DNA from: Escherichia phage BB1
Length of the DNA: 64,000 bases
Reading direction: 5' to 3' (one strand)
Sequence record: NC_106597.1
How positions within the stretch are numbered: the stretch's first letter is position 1; every line of letters starts with the position of its first letter. This document shows positions 1 through 6,616 of the stretch, piece by piece. Under the pieces are notes generated by a model. The model saw nothing but the letters and a program-made list of their open reading frames with translations, made no database searches and was not told where the DNA came from. Made by a program: the position numbers and the translations under genes.

Positions 1-99
1 CCCCACGGCTGACAAAGAAGTTTGCGAGACTTCTCTTAACTGCCAGAATAGACCCGCCGATCTATCGGAACCTACTCAATAAGTAAACTTTATAGTATC

Positions 100-220
100 A
101 TTCTAGACAGGACTCGAACCTGCTATCACTTGTGCGGACTTACGAGAACCATTCTTTCACTCGAATCGAACGAGCTTCTGCCCTAGCCAAGCTGGTTTCC
201 CCATCAACCACGCTAGAATG
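100..220 (-). other. tRNA-like element(s), not foldable into a canonical cloverleaf by hand
   Basis: Two T-arm-like motifs in minus sense (GCAGG-TTCGAGT-CCTGT at 107-123; GCTCG-TTCGATT-CGAGT at 159-175); terminal 7-mers complementary about 120 nt apart; no clean anticodon arm. Confidence 0.25.
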
Positions 221-404
221 TTTGATTGTTTTCAGTGCAAGAGTCCGAGTCTTGGACACGACCGCTTTGCAAGTACATAGGCAGCTTATCATGAGTCAGC
301 ACTTCCGAATTGCTAGCTCCGTGTTCTGCACTGAAATTTTGTTTAAAGAGTCCGGTGTAGCAGTCCGTAAGGGTGCACCTACTGTAGCCTTTACTCTTTA
401 AATT

Positions 405-480
405 TGGTACACCCACTAGGACTTGAACCTAGAACCCTCCGCTTAAGAGGCGGTAGCTCTAACCATTGAGCTATGGATGT
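405..480 (-). tRNA. tRNA-Lys (anticodon CUU)
   Basis: Manual cloverleaf in minus sense: acceptor ACATCCA/TGGGTGT, D-stem GCTC/GAGC, anticodon loop CTCTTAA, T-arm CTAGG-TTCAAGT-CCTAG, encoded CCA. Confidence 0.7.
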
Positions 481-556
481 ATTATTATGCTTTGCAGTGC
501 TCTAAATATAGATACTTCCCACGCGGTGGTTATCTATACCAGCGTCCTGCAAAAAT

Positions 557-633
557 TGGCGCGACCGATGGGATTTGAACCCACATTCCCTCCCGTGACA
601 GGGGAGTACCATTACCAAGCCAGCCCCGGTCGC
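557..633 (-). tRNA. tRNA-Asp (anticodon GUC)
   Basis: Manual fold: perfectly complementary acceptor (rc of gcgaccg/cggtcgc), 5-bp anticodon stem with loop rc of gtgacag, T-loop TTCAAAT, encoded CCA. Confidence 0.75.
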
Positions 634-642
634 ATAATTCAT

Positions 643-828
643 TTACTCAGCTTTGAGTTTTTCAATAGCTGCATTAAGTTCTTTAAGAAACTCTTTTCGT
701 ACATTAAGACGGTTGAGACTTACTAGTATATCATGTTTAAGTTCTTCGATGTATTTCTTCTCAACTTCAATATTGTTGAGAGTGCTATCACGATGAACTT
801 CTAGCTGTGCAATTACATTCTTGGACAT
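643..828 (-). CDS. hypothetical small protein (61 aa, coiled-coil-like)
   Basis: ORF with GAGGAAAC RBS-like motif upstream of ATG; no recognisable domain. Confidence 0.4.
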   Translation of the reverse strand: MSKNVIAQLEVHRDSTLNNIEVEKKYIEELKHDILVSLNRLNVRKEFLKELNAAIEKLKAE

Positions 829-855
829 GCTTGTTTCCTCAGTTATTAATGAAAA

Positions 856-927
856 TGGTATCTGTGGCTGAATTCGATGTCAGCAATGATAGCTGGTTGG
901 CTACCGGTTTACTTAACTCTACACAGA
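856..927 (-). tRNA. tRNA-like element (possible degenerate tRNA)
   Basis: TGG (rc CCA) followed by 6-bp complementary termini (tctgtg/cacaga); T-arm-like gctga-attcgatg-tcagc; anticodon arm not canonical. Confidence 0.3.
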
Positions 928-930
928 ATT

Positions 931-1013
931 TGGCGGGCCGTGTAGGATTCGAACCTACGTTGTCTTTCGACATGGATTAACAGTCCACCGCCAAACCGCT
1001 TGGCTAACGACCC
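931..1013 (-). tRNA. tRNA-Asn (anticodon GUU) with unusually long 13-nt variable arm
   Basis: Manual fold: acceptor GGGTCGT/ACGGCCC, D-arm GCCA-AGCGGTT-TGGC, anticodon arm GTGGA-CTGTTAA-TCCAT, variable GTCGAAAGACAAC (GAAA tetraloop hairpin), T-arm GTAGG-TTCGAAT-CCTAC, CCA encoded. Confidence 0.65.
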
Positions 1014-1165
1014 TGAATTTGTATTGCTGACTAGGATTTTCACCTAGACGGAGTTAGCACCGTAGCGTGTAGCGGCATACCTCTCCAAACCGTGCCTCAT
1101 CTTTCAATTACGGAGACAGTGTTCCTACGCGTGCCTGAATTGATTTAACAATTCTTTCAGCAAAT

Positions 1166-1241
1166 TGGACGACCGCATGAGATTTGAACTCACATAAAAA
1201 GGATTTGCAATCCTTCGCCTAAGCCATTCAGCCAACGGTCG
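1166..1241 (-). tRNA. tRNA-Cys (anticodon GCA)
   Basis: Manual fold: anticodon stem aagga/tcctt with loop rc of tttgcaa, T-loop TTCAAAT, acceptor pairs with one G-U, encoded CCA. Confidence 0.75.
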
Positions 1242-1289
1242 ATTTATCTTGTTCTGTCATGTTGCTTCTCCAGTTCAATTTATGTAATT

Positions 1290-1318
1290 ATTATACAGAA
1301 CTTTTGGAAACTAAGCAA
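1290..1318 (-). promoter_or_regulatory. early promoter, sigma70-like (minus sense TTGCTT-17 bp-TATAAT)
   Basis: Plus-strand attata at 1290-1295 and aagcaa at 1313-1318 with 17-bp spacer; member of the repeated promoter family. Confidence 0.6.
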
Positions 1319-1583
1319 CTACATTTTTTAAGAATTTGATGCCTTTCTTTTTCTTCTTATATTTCCACGTTAATGGATTCTGTCGATTATGAACGCTTGA
1401 GATCTTTGTCTCGTCAAAGTTCTTCAATATCATGTAATCACAAGATAATTGTTCTAATGGAATGTGATCACCGTCAAAAGCATATACATAAGGCTGTTGA
1501 CTAGCACGATAATGATAGACTTTGTTAATTCTACGTTTCAGCGACTTATCCGCGCAGTAAATAAAGAAATTTTCAGGATGCAT
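1311..1583 (-). CDS. hypothetical protein (90 aa)
   Basis: ORF with AAAGGAG RBS before ATG. Confidence 0.5.
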   Translation of the reverse strand: MHPENFFIYCADKSLKRRINKVYHYRASQQPYVYAFDGDHIPLEQLSCDYMILKNFDETKISSVHNRQNPLTWKYKKKKKGIKFLKNVVA

Positions 1584-1600
1584 CAGCAGCTCCTTTAAAT

Positions 1601-1675
1601 TGGTGCACCCCGTTGGTAACGATCCAACCTCTCAAGCTCTTCAGGCAAGCGCTAATCCATCTCAGCTAAAGGTGC
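1601..1675 (-). tRNA. tRNA, tentative anticodon GAA (Phe); non-canonical (U-U mismatches in anticodon stem, T-loop ATCGTTA)
   Basis: Manual fold: acceptor GCACCTT/GGGGTGC, T-stem GGTTG/CCAAC, anticodon loop CTGAAGA; anticodon stem has only 3 of 5 pairs. Confidence 0.45.
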
Positions 1676-1681
1676 AAATTT

Positions 1682-1758
1682 TGGCAAACCTACTAGGACT
1701 CGAACCTAGACCGTACGGTTTTGGAGACCGACATGCTGTCCAGTAACACTCTAGGAAT
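1682..1758 (-). tRNA. tRNA-Trp (anticodon CCA), tentative
   Basis: T-arm CTAGG-TTCGAGT-CCTAG, anticodon loop CTCCAAA, encoded CCA; acceptor and D-arm pair poorly. Confidence 0.5.
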
Positions 1759-1766
1759 GCAGAAAT

Positions 1767-1843
1767 TGGCGTCCTGTGCGGGGATCGAACCCACAAATCC
1801 TACCTTGAAAGGGTAGTGACTTTACCAGTTTGTCTAACAGGAC
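1767..1843 (-). tRNA. tRNA-Glu (anticodon UUC)
   Basis: Manual fold: perfect acceptor (gtcctgt/acaggac), anticodon stem ctacc/ggtag with loop rc of ttgaaag, T-loop TTCGATC, encoded CCA. Confidence 0.75.
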
Positions 1844-2325
1844 TTAAATTGCTTATTGGATAGATTGTTAAACTCGGAAAGTATTTCGTTTACACCTCTG
1901 TCTAACACTACCCATTCATTAAGCCGTTCAGGAAAGCTATTATGAAGCATTTTCTCCGCTTCTCTAGCATTAAACCAAAATGACCAATGTATTAACTTAT
2001 AATCACGTAAAGGAGAATAGGTTTGGTAATTTCCTAATCTTGTTTTAGGATCAGAAGACATACCAATTTTTACATAGTTATCCCAAGCTGGGTTAGTTAT
2101 TGCGTAAATAAAACCACAGCTGGATTTTTCTCCAATACTTTTGTTATACTTGATAAAAGATAGTGCAGATAACTTCAAGCTATATCGACGATTACTATCG
2201 CGACCAAAGTTAGCTGTACCGAATGTGAGGCTTTCTAACATTAGATCTTTGTTTATATCAGCTGGTGAACCCAACTGTATAATACCCCTATTTGCAGCTT
2301 CTTGAATTATCCGATCAATATACAT
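1834..2325 (-). CDS. T5orf172-type GIY-YIG-like domain protein (putative homing-type endonuclease)
   Basis: 163 aa; motif CGFIYAITNPAWDNYVKIGMSSDPKTRL resembles the GIY-YIG/T5orf172 core; AAAGGTAAAGG RBS; stop codon overlaps the 5' end of tRNA-Glu. Confidence 0.55.
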   Translation of the reverse strand: MYIDRIIQEAANRGIIQLGSPADINKDLMLESLTFGTANFGRDSNRRYSLKLSALSFIKYNKSIGEKSSCGFIYAITNPAWDNYVKIGMSSDPKTRLGNYQTYSPLRDYKLIHWSFWFNAREAEKMLHNSFPERLNEWVVLDRGVNEILSEFNNLSNKQFKSC

Positions 2326-2342
2326 ATCCTTTACCTTTAATT

Positions 2343-2430
2343 TGGTGGGCGTTAATGGAGTCGAACCACTCGAGTCGCAATGACCAGGGATTTACAATCC
2401 CCTCCGCTACCACTTACGGAATAAACGCCC
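2343..2430 (-). tRNA. tRNA-Tyr (anticodon GUA), long variable arm
   Basis: Manual fold: acceptor GGGCGTT/AACGCCC, anticodon loop TTGTAAA, long variable region, T-arm AGTGG-TTCGACT-CCATT, CCA encoded. Confidence 0.75.
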
Positions 2431-2558
2431 ATATTTAAAAGTATTCAAATACTAGTTTAAACACTTTTAAATATGTTTCCAAATTAGATAACTATTATAC
2501 CAAGTTTTAAGGCACTGAGCAAGTCAAATTTTAAAGAACTTGCTCAGTGCTGTATTAG

Positions 2559-2834
2559 TTAGTCGAACTTAGGAGTGACAGTTAAGGAGAATGGAAGTTC
2601 GAAGACTTCTTCGCCCTCATCACTAACAGTAATTACACGACCTTTAAGTTCAGACATTGAAATATCAATATCAGCTTTTGCATCTGGAGCCATGCCAGCT
2701 TCAACACATTTAGCTTTAATTTCCGGCAGAAGTTCTACATCGTAGAAATAAAGCCATTCAATCTCACCTTCCCAGCCTTCCCAGGATTTACAGATTGCAC
2801 TTTCAATACCAGTTGCTATAACACGATTTTGCAT
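2559..2834 (-). CDS. hypothetical protein (91 aa)
   Basis: ORF with GAAGGAG RBS. Confidence 0.5.
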   Translation of the reverse strand: MQNRVIATGIESAICKSWEGWEGEIEWLYFYDVELLPEIKAKCVEAGMAPDAKADIDISMSELKGRVITVSDEGEEVFELPFSLTVTPKFD

Positions 2835-2924
2835 TCGTTAACTCCTTCATCAATTTATATAACTATTATACCAGAAATTTAAAGCAAAAGGCAAGTACAT
2901 TTTTAAAAATTCTGTTTGGAGGAG

Positions 2925-3131
2925 CTAAACTCCAGATTCTTCAGCTAAGTCTAGGCTAATAAGAGATATAGCCATAATTGCTGCTCCGTGTTCTCTTTCT
3001 CCTGTCTCTTTAGCTAGGGTTATAATATCAAGAAATTGCTTATGAAAGTCTGCAACCTCTTGAGTCATACCTGCCTCAGCAATCATGCCTTTAAGCATGA
3101 AACGTTGTGCGGTAATTTCGGGATTAGCCAT
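2925..3131 (-). CDS. hypothetical protein (68 aa)
   Basis: ORF with GGAG RBS. Confidence 0.45.
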   Translation of the reverse strand: MANPEITAQRFMLKGMIAEAGMTQEVADFHKQFLDIITLAKETGEREHGAAIMAISLISLDLAEESGV

Positions 3132-3291
3132 GTTGTTTCTCCAGTTTCATGTTTAATAGTCTACAAATAAAATCAATGTCTTCATCTGTGCCTAGATCTC
3201 TATCTTCAAGAGTTGCCTTGAAGTTTTTCGTCAATTCCATGAGGATAACTTCTCTAGAACGACGTGTTGGCGGAGGTGGATGTCTATACAT
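3124..3291 (-). CDS. hypothetical small protein (about 55 aa, proline-rich N-terminus), below ORF-track size cutoff
   Basis: Hand-translated MYRHPPPPTRRSREVIL...; AAGGAAATAAG RBS; stop overlaps start of downstream gene. Confidence 0.4.
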   Translation of the reverse strand: MYRHPPPPTRRSREVILMELTKNFKATLEDRDLGTDEDIDFICRLLNMKLEKQHG

Positions 3292-3305
3292 CTTATTTCC
3301 TTAAG

Positions 3306-3382
3306 TTGGTAGGGGTGGTGGGATTCGAACCCACAAAACCTGAATTTTAAGTCCAGTACCTATGCCAATTCGATTACACCCC
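3306..3382 (-). tRNA. tRNA with anticodon UAA (Leu-type) but short class-I variable loop
   Basis: Manual fold: acceptor GGGGGTG/CACCCCT, anticodon arm CTGGA-CTTAAAA-TTCAG, variable GTTTT, T-arm GTGGG-TTCGAAT-CCCAC, A73, CCA encoded; D-arm does not pair canonically. Confidence 0.55.
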
Positions 3383-3484
3383 CATGTAATCAGTTTATTA
3401 GTTGGTACATATTATAGCCTAGTGAAAATCCTACTACTAGTCCCACAAACCAACCAATATAATAATCTTTTAGTTTCACAGGTA

Positions 3485-3670
3485 TTATCCTCGTTCAATA
3501 TCTAGGGAAATACCGCAGTTAGGATTAATACCTGTACCGTTGCAATTTGAACAAATCCAGATATTGCAAAAAGTATCTCCTGCTTCTGCATCAGAACTTT
3601 CACCAATTCCCCTACATTCAGGGCAGGCACATTCTTCTAGCTCTTGCTTGAGTTCTTGAAACTTAGACAT
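3485..3670 (-). CDS. small Cys-rich zinc-ribbon-like protein (61 aa)
   Basis: CxxC...C...CxxC pattern (CACPECRG...CNIWICSNCNG); AAGGAG RBS. Confidence 0.5.
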   Translation of the reverse strand: MSKFQELKQELEECACPECRGIGESSDAEAGDTFCNIWICSNCNGTGINPNCGISLDIERG

Positions 3671-3679
3671 ATAGTCTCC

Positions 3680-3868
3680 TTAGTCAATTACTTTTGAGGC
3701 TTCAAGGGAGTCGATATAGTATACGTTTTCTACCATAATCATATAATCTGCCACTTTATCCATAGCTTGGGCCTCAGAGGTAGCTCTGGCTAACCTATAT
3801 CCTTTTTTATATTCATCCGGGTATTCTCTATCTTGAATAAACACAACATAAACTATGTATAATTCCAC
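3680..3868 (-). CDS. hypothetical small protein; start uncertain (GTG at 3868 or ATG at 3763)
   Basis: Track ORF 3680-4015 overlaps tRNA 3888-3965, so truncated to the first plausible start after the tRNA with a GGGGA RBS. Confidence 0.3.
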   Translation of the reverse strand: MELYIVYVVFIQDREYPDEYKKGYRLARATSEAQAMDKVADYMIMVENVYYIDSLEASKVID

Positions 3869-3887
3869 TTGTAATCCCCTAATTAAG

Positions 3888-3965
3888 TTGGTGGCTCCCC
3901 GAGGATTCGAACCTACGTACCTTCCGGTTATGAGCCGGGTGCTCATACCATATGAGCTTGAGAAC
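3888..3965 (-). tRNA. tRNA-Met or tRNA-Ile (anticodon CAU)
   Basis: Manual fold: acceptor GGTTCTC/GGGAGCC (with G-U), D-arm GCTC/GAGC, anticodon arm CCGG-CTCATAA-CCGG; T-stem only 3 bp; CCA encoded. Confidence 0.55.
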
Positions 3966-3971
3966 CAAAAT

Positions 3972-4065
3972 CTGGAGGAAGATGCCAGACTCGAACTGGC
4001 ACACCATGTTTCCACAGTTACTGGCTGTTTAGCAAACAGCTCCCTTACCTTTAGGGTTAATCTTC
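3972..4065 (-). tRNA. tRNA-Ser (anticodon GCU)
   Basis: Manual fold: perfect acceptor GGAAGAT/ATCTTCC, 3-bp D-stem, anticodon arm GCTGT-TTGCTAA-ACAGC, long variable arm, T-arm GCCAG-TTCGAGT-CTGGC, CCA encoded. Confidence 0.65.
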
Positions 4066-4087
4066 CGAATTTATAAGATATATTATA

Positions 4088-4609
4088 TTAGAAATTTAGC
4101 TTCATAGCAAGAAAATTTTTCAAGTTTTCGGTAGACATCTCATCTACATCTACAGGAGAAACAAAGCCGTTTAATTTTCTAGCAAATTTTTCACCATCGG
4201 GATCATTGTCTCCAACAGCTACCAATTTAAAAGGTAGTAATTTCAGTTGCTTTAATAACGCTTTTCCTGGAGAAGAACCCAACATTGCTAGGGCTGGATA
4301 ACCAGCGTTATGTAACGCAACTGCCTTAAATACAGATTCAGCAATCAATACTACTTTTTCATCTCCATTGAGAGTTTCTAGTCCCCATACACACTGGGTA
4401 GTAGAATAAGTAAAGTATTTAGCTTCAAAGGGGCACTTACCATGACCTTTTGGAGCAGAAGGATTATAAGTTTGATAGCCCCTCAACATCCCAGAGAAGT
4501 CATACAACGGGACTGTTAGCCATCCTTCTGGACTTAACCAGCAATGATATTTATCTGTATCAAATCCCCTAGATAAGAGGTGCTGTGTTAGCTCATCAAC
4601 ATTCATATT
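4088..4609 (-). CDS. Toprim-domain-like protein (about 173 aa)
   Basis: Conserved-looking E (IAESVF) and DxD (VGDNDPDGEKF) resembling the Toprim fold; start moved to MNVDELTQ with GAGAGGAACC RBS downstream of promoter 4637-4665. Confidence 0.45.
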   Translation of the reverse strand, partial: NMNVDELTQHLLSRGFDTDKYHCWLSPEGWLTVPLYDFSGMLRGYQTYNPSAPKGHGKCPFEAKYFTYSTTQCVWGLETLNGDEKVVLIAESVFKAVALHNAGYPALAMLGSSPGKALLKQLKLLPFKLVAVGDNDPDGEKFARKLNGFVSPVDVDEMSTENLKNFLAMKLNF

Positions 4610-4636
4610 TGGTTCCTCTCTCAAATTTATAGATAT

Positions 4637-4665
4637 ATTATACAGAGAATTTAGCATTCAAGCAA
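4637..4665 (-). promoter_or_regulatory. early promoter (minus sense TTGCTT-17-TATAAT)
   Basis: attata 4637-4642, 17-bp spacer, aagcaa 4660-4665. Confidence 0.6.
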
Positions 4666-4781
4666 TCAAATTTTTTAACTTTTTAGAGGAAAATCATAGG
4701 GCACTTAAGGGTAGCAGATAAGTGGTGAGGACCAAAATTTGTGACCCCACTAAAAATCCGGGGGCAATTTTTAAAGACCCC

Positions 4782-4810
4782 TTGACATTTTCGCTGGGGT
4801 AGTGTAAAGT
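4782..4810 (+). promoter_or_regulatory. sigma70-type promoter (TTGACA-17-TAAAGT) sharing the 13-mer TTGACATTTTCGC with the element at 34512
   Basis: Consensus -35 at 4782-4787; 17-bp spacer; -10-like TAAAGT at 4805-4810. Confidence 0.5.
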
Positions 4811-4872
4811 ATATGTTATGGATGAGTGATCAAAGAGACACACATTTTCTATATACTAGGAGGTGTCAAAAA

Positions 4873-5859
4873 ATGACAGAAGAAGTAGCTAAGAGTCCTG
4901 AGACCGTCGCTAGCGTTGCAGCAGAACTGCACCGTCACGAGGAATCAGATAAGAAAAAGTGGGAGAAGGTCAGAGCCTACGAAGAAAAACATCGTGAACA
5001 CGATGATGAAGAAGATGACGATGATGAACATTGTCATAAATATGGAAAACATAAAATGCAAGAACCAGTAAACGTATTCACTAGTGGCTTCCCTGGCCTA
5101 CTGGGTGGTTACCCAGCAAACGCAGGTGCTTTCGGTGGTGAAGGTATGGGACTATTCGGAGCTATCCTAATCGGTGCTCTATTAACAGGCGGATTCGGTG
5201 GTTTCGGTGGATTCGGTGGACGTGGTGTAGTTGGTGAAGGTACCGCAGTTGATGCGGTACTTCAGAACCAAGATACCGCTAGTATTCTAGCAGCTATTAA
5301 CACTACTCGTACAGAAGCTAATCAGGGTACTGGGGCTGTGTTAAGCGCAGTTAACAATGGTTTTAGCCAGACATCCCAAAACCAGAGCCGTGATACTCAG
5401 TCTGTACTAACTACGATTTATGGTACAGGTGCTAATCTGTCTAATCAGATCTGCCAGGAAACTCGCAACGTTATTCAGGGTCAGTTCGATCTTTCTCGCC
5501 AGATTGATCAATCTTTCGCAGCTAACCAGATAGCTCGTGCACAAGATAAATTTGATTCTGCACAGATCGCTTTCCAGCAGACTTTACAAACTAATAACCA
5601 GTTTGCCGCTGTTCAGGCTCAGATGTGTGCTAACCAGAACTCTCTGGAACGTCAGATCGCTGAATGTTGCTGTGAACTTCAGACTGCGATCGCTGGTGTA
5701 ACTACTGCGCGTATCCAGGATGAGTTAGATGCATGTCGCCTACGTGAGGCAATCGCTGCGGGTAATGGTGCTAACGGTCAGGTAATTAATCAAATCGCTG
5801 TAAGTCTTGGTGCAATCACTCAGACTCTGGCTGGTCTGCAGGCTAAACTGCCGGCTTAA
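4873..5859 (+). CDS. low-complexity protein: acidic/His-rich N-terminus, Gly-zipper hydrophobic segment (GGFGGFGGFGG), Q/N/S/T-rich C-terminal region
   Basis: AGGAGGTG RBS 7 nt before ATG at 4873 (track ORF starts earlier at 4813); by eye GC and codon choice look higher than neighbours. Confidence 0.6.
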   Translation: MTEEVAKSPETVASVAAELHRHEESDKKKWEKVRAYEEKHREHDDEEDDDDEHCHKYGKHKMQEPVNVFTSGFPGLLGGYPANAGAFGGEGMGLFGAILIGALLTGGFGGFGGFGGRGVVGEGTAVDAVLQNQDTASILAAINTTRTEANQGTGAVLSAVNNGFSQTSQNQSRDTQSVLTTIYGTGANLSNQICQETRNVIQGQFDLSRQIDQSFAANQIARAQDKFDSAQIAFQQTLQTNNQFAAVQAQMCANQNSLERQIAECCCELQTAIAGVTTARIQDELDACRLREAIAAGNGANGQVINQIAVSLGAITQTLAGLQAKLPA

Positions 5860-5880
5860 TATTAAGGGGAGGAGCCCATT

Positions 5881-6297
5881 ATGAGTAAATATGGTTTTGT
5901 AAATAACGGACTTAATCAAAGTATGGGCTCCCAGCAGCCCATTCCGGGTCTGGATAACCCCTACTTACAACAGTTGCAACAGCGTTTAGCAGAAGCGCAA
6001 CAGATGCAGCAACAACTCCAGCAAAACCCTGGAAGTGTGAGTCCTATGCAAATGATGCAGCAAATGAGCGGGCAGTCGCAAATGCCTCAACAAATGCAGC
6101 AACAGGTGCCTCAGCAGCAAGTTCAGCAACAAACCCAACAACCGCAGGTTTCTGCGGAAGGACAGGCAGTACTAGCCCTTTTCGAAGACTTCGCAAAGAC
6201 AGAGGATGGGAAACAGCTTGTATCACTTATGGGTAAGTTTAATAGCTTCTGCCAAAGCCAAGTTGCAAAAGCTCAAAATGGGGGTAGTAACTCCTAA
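5881..6297 (+). CDS. glutamine-rich low-complexity protein (138 aa)
   Basis: GGGGAGGAG RBS; long poly-Q/QM stretches. Confidence 0.55.
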   Translation: MSKYGFVNNGLNQSMGSQQPIPGLDNPYLQQLQQRLAEAQQMQQQLQQNPGSVSPMQMMQQMSGQSQMPQQMQQQVPQQQVQQQTQQPQVSAEGQAVLALFEDFAKTEDGKQLVSLMGKFNSFCQSQVAKAQNGGSNS

Positions 6298-6306
6298 GGA
6301 GGAAAT

Positions 6307-6501
6307 ATGTGTTGCAGAAAATCTGTTTCGTGCTGCCCAATGCCTGTAGCACGTTGTTGCTCTCCAGCAATGTTTACACAAATACCGGCGTTCAATCCCT
6401 TTGCCTTTAAGCCTACTCTTATCCTGCCCCCTAGAGTAGATTTTCAGTCAAGATTGGCCTCCCGTATGGGTGGTTGCTGTACACCGAGAGTATGGTTCTA
6501 A
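6307..6501 (+). CDS. small Cys-rich protein (64 aa, four CC dipeptides)
   Basis: TAAGGAGG RBS 5 nt upstream of ATG; followed by intrinsic terminator. Confidence 0.45.
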   Translation: MCCRKSVSCCPMPVARCCSPAMFTQIPAFNPFAFKPTLILPPRVDFQSRLASRMGGCCTPRVWF

Positions 6502-6511
6502 ACCAAAAACA

Positions 6512-6548
6512 AAAGCCCCTGCCGAAAGGTAAGGGGCTTTTTCTTTTG
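6512..6548 (+). terminator. rho-independent terminator
   Basis: Hairpin aaagcccct...aaggggcttt followed by T-run. Confidence 0.65.
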
Positions 6549-6556
6549 CCTTAAAT

Positions 6557-6592
6557 ACAGAAAAGCCCGCGCTCTCGTAGGAAACGCGGGCT
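6557..6592 (-). terminator. rho-independent terminator (minus sense), downstream of SPFH gene
   Basis: GC-rich hairpin gcccgcg...cgcgggc with T-run in minus sense. Confidence 0.55.
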
Positions 6593-6616
6593 TGGTTCGA
6601 AGATTACGTGTAACTA

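Noticed and set aside
132-416. Track ORFs 132-401 (+) and 213-416 (-)
   Set aside because: Mutually overlapping, no RBS, in a region with tRNA-like motifs; no support for coding.
466-726. Track ORF 466-726 (+)
   Set aside because: Overlaps tRNA-Lys and tRNA-Asp on the opposite strand and has no RBS; likely spurious.
3855-4076. Track ORF 3855-4076 (+)
   Set aside because: Lies antisense across tRNA-Met and tRNA-Ser; spurious.
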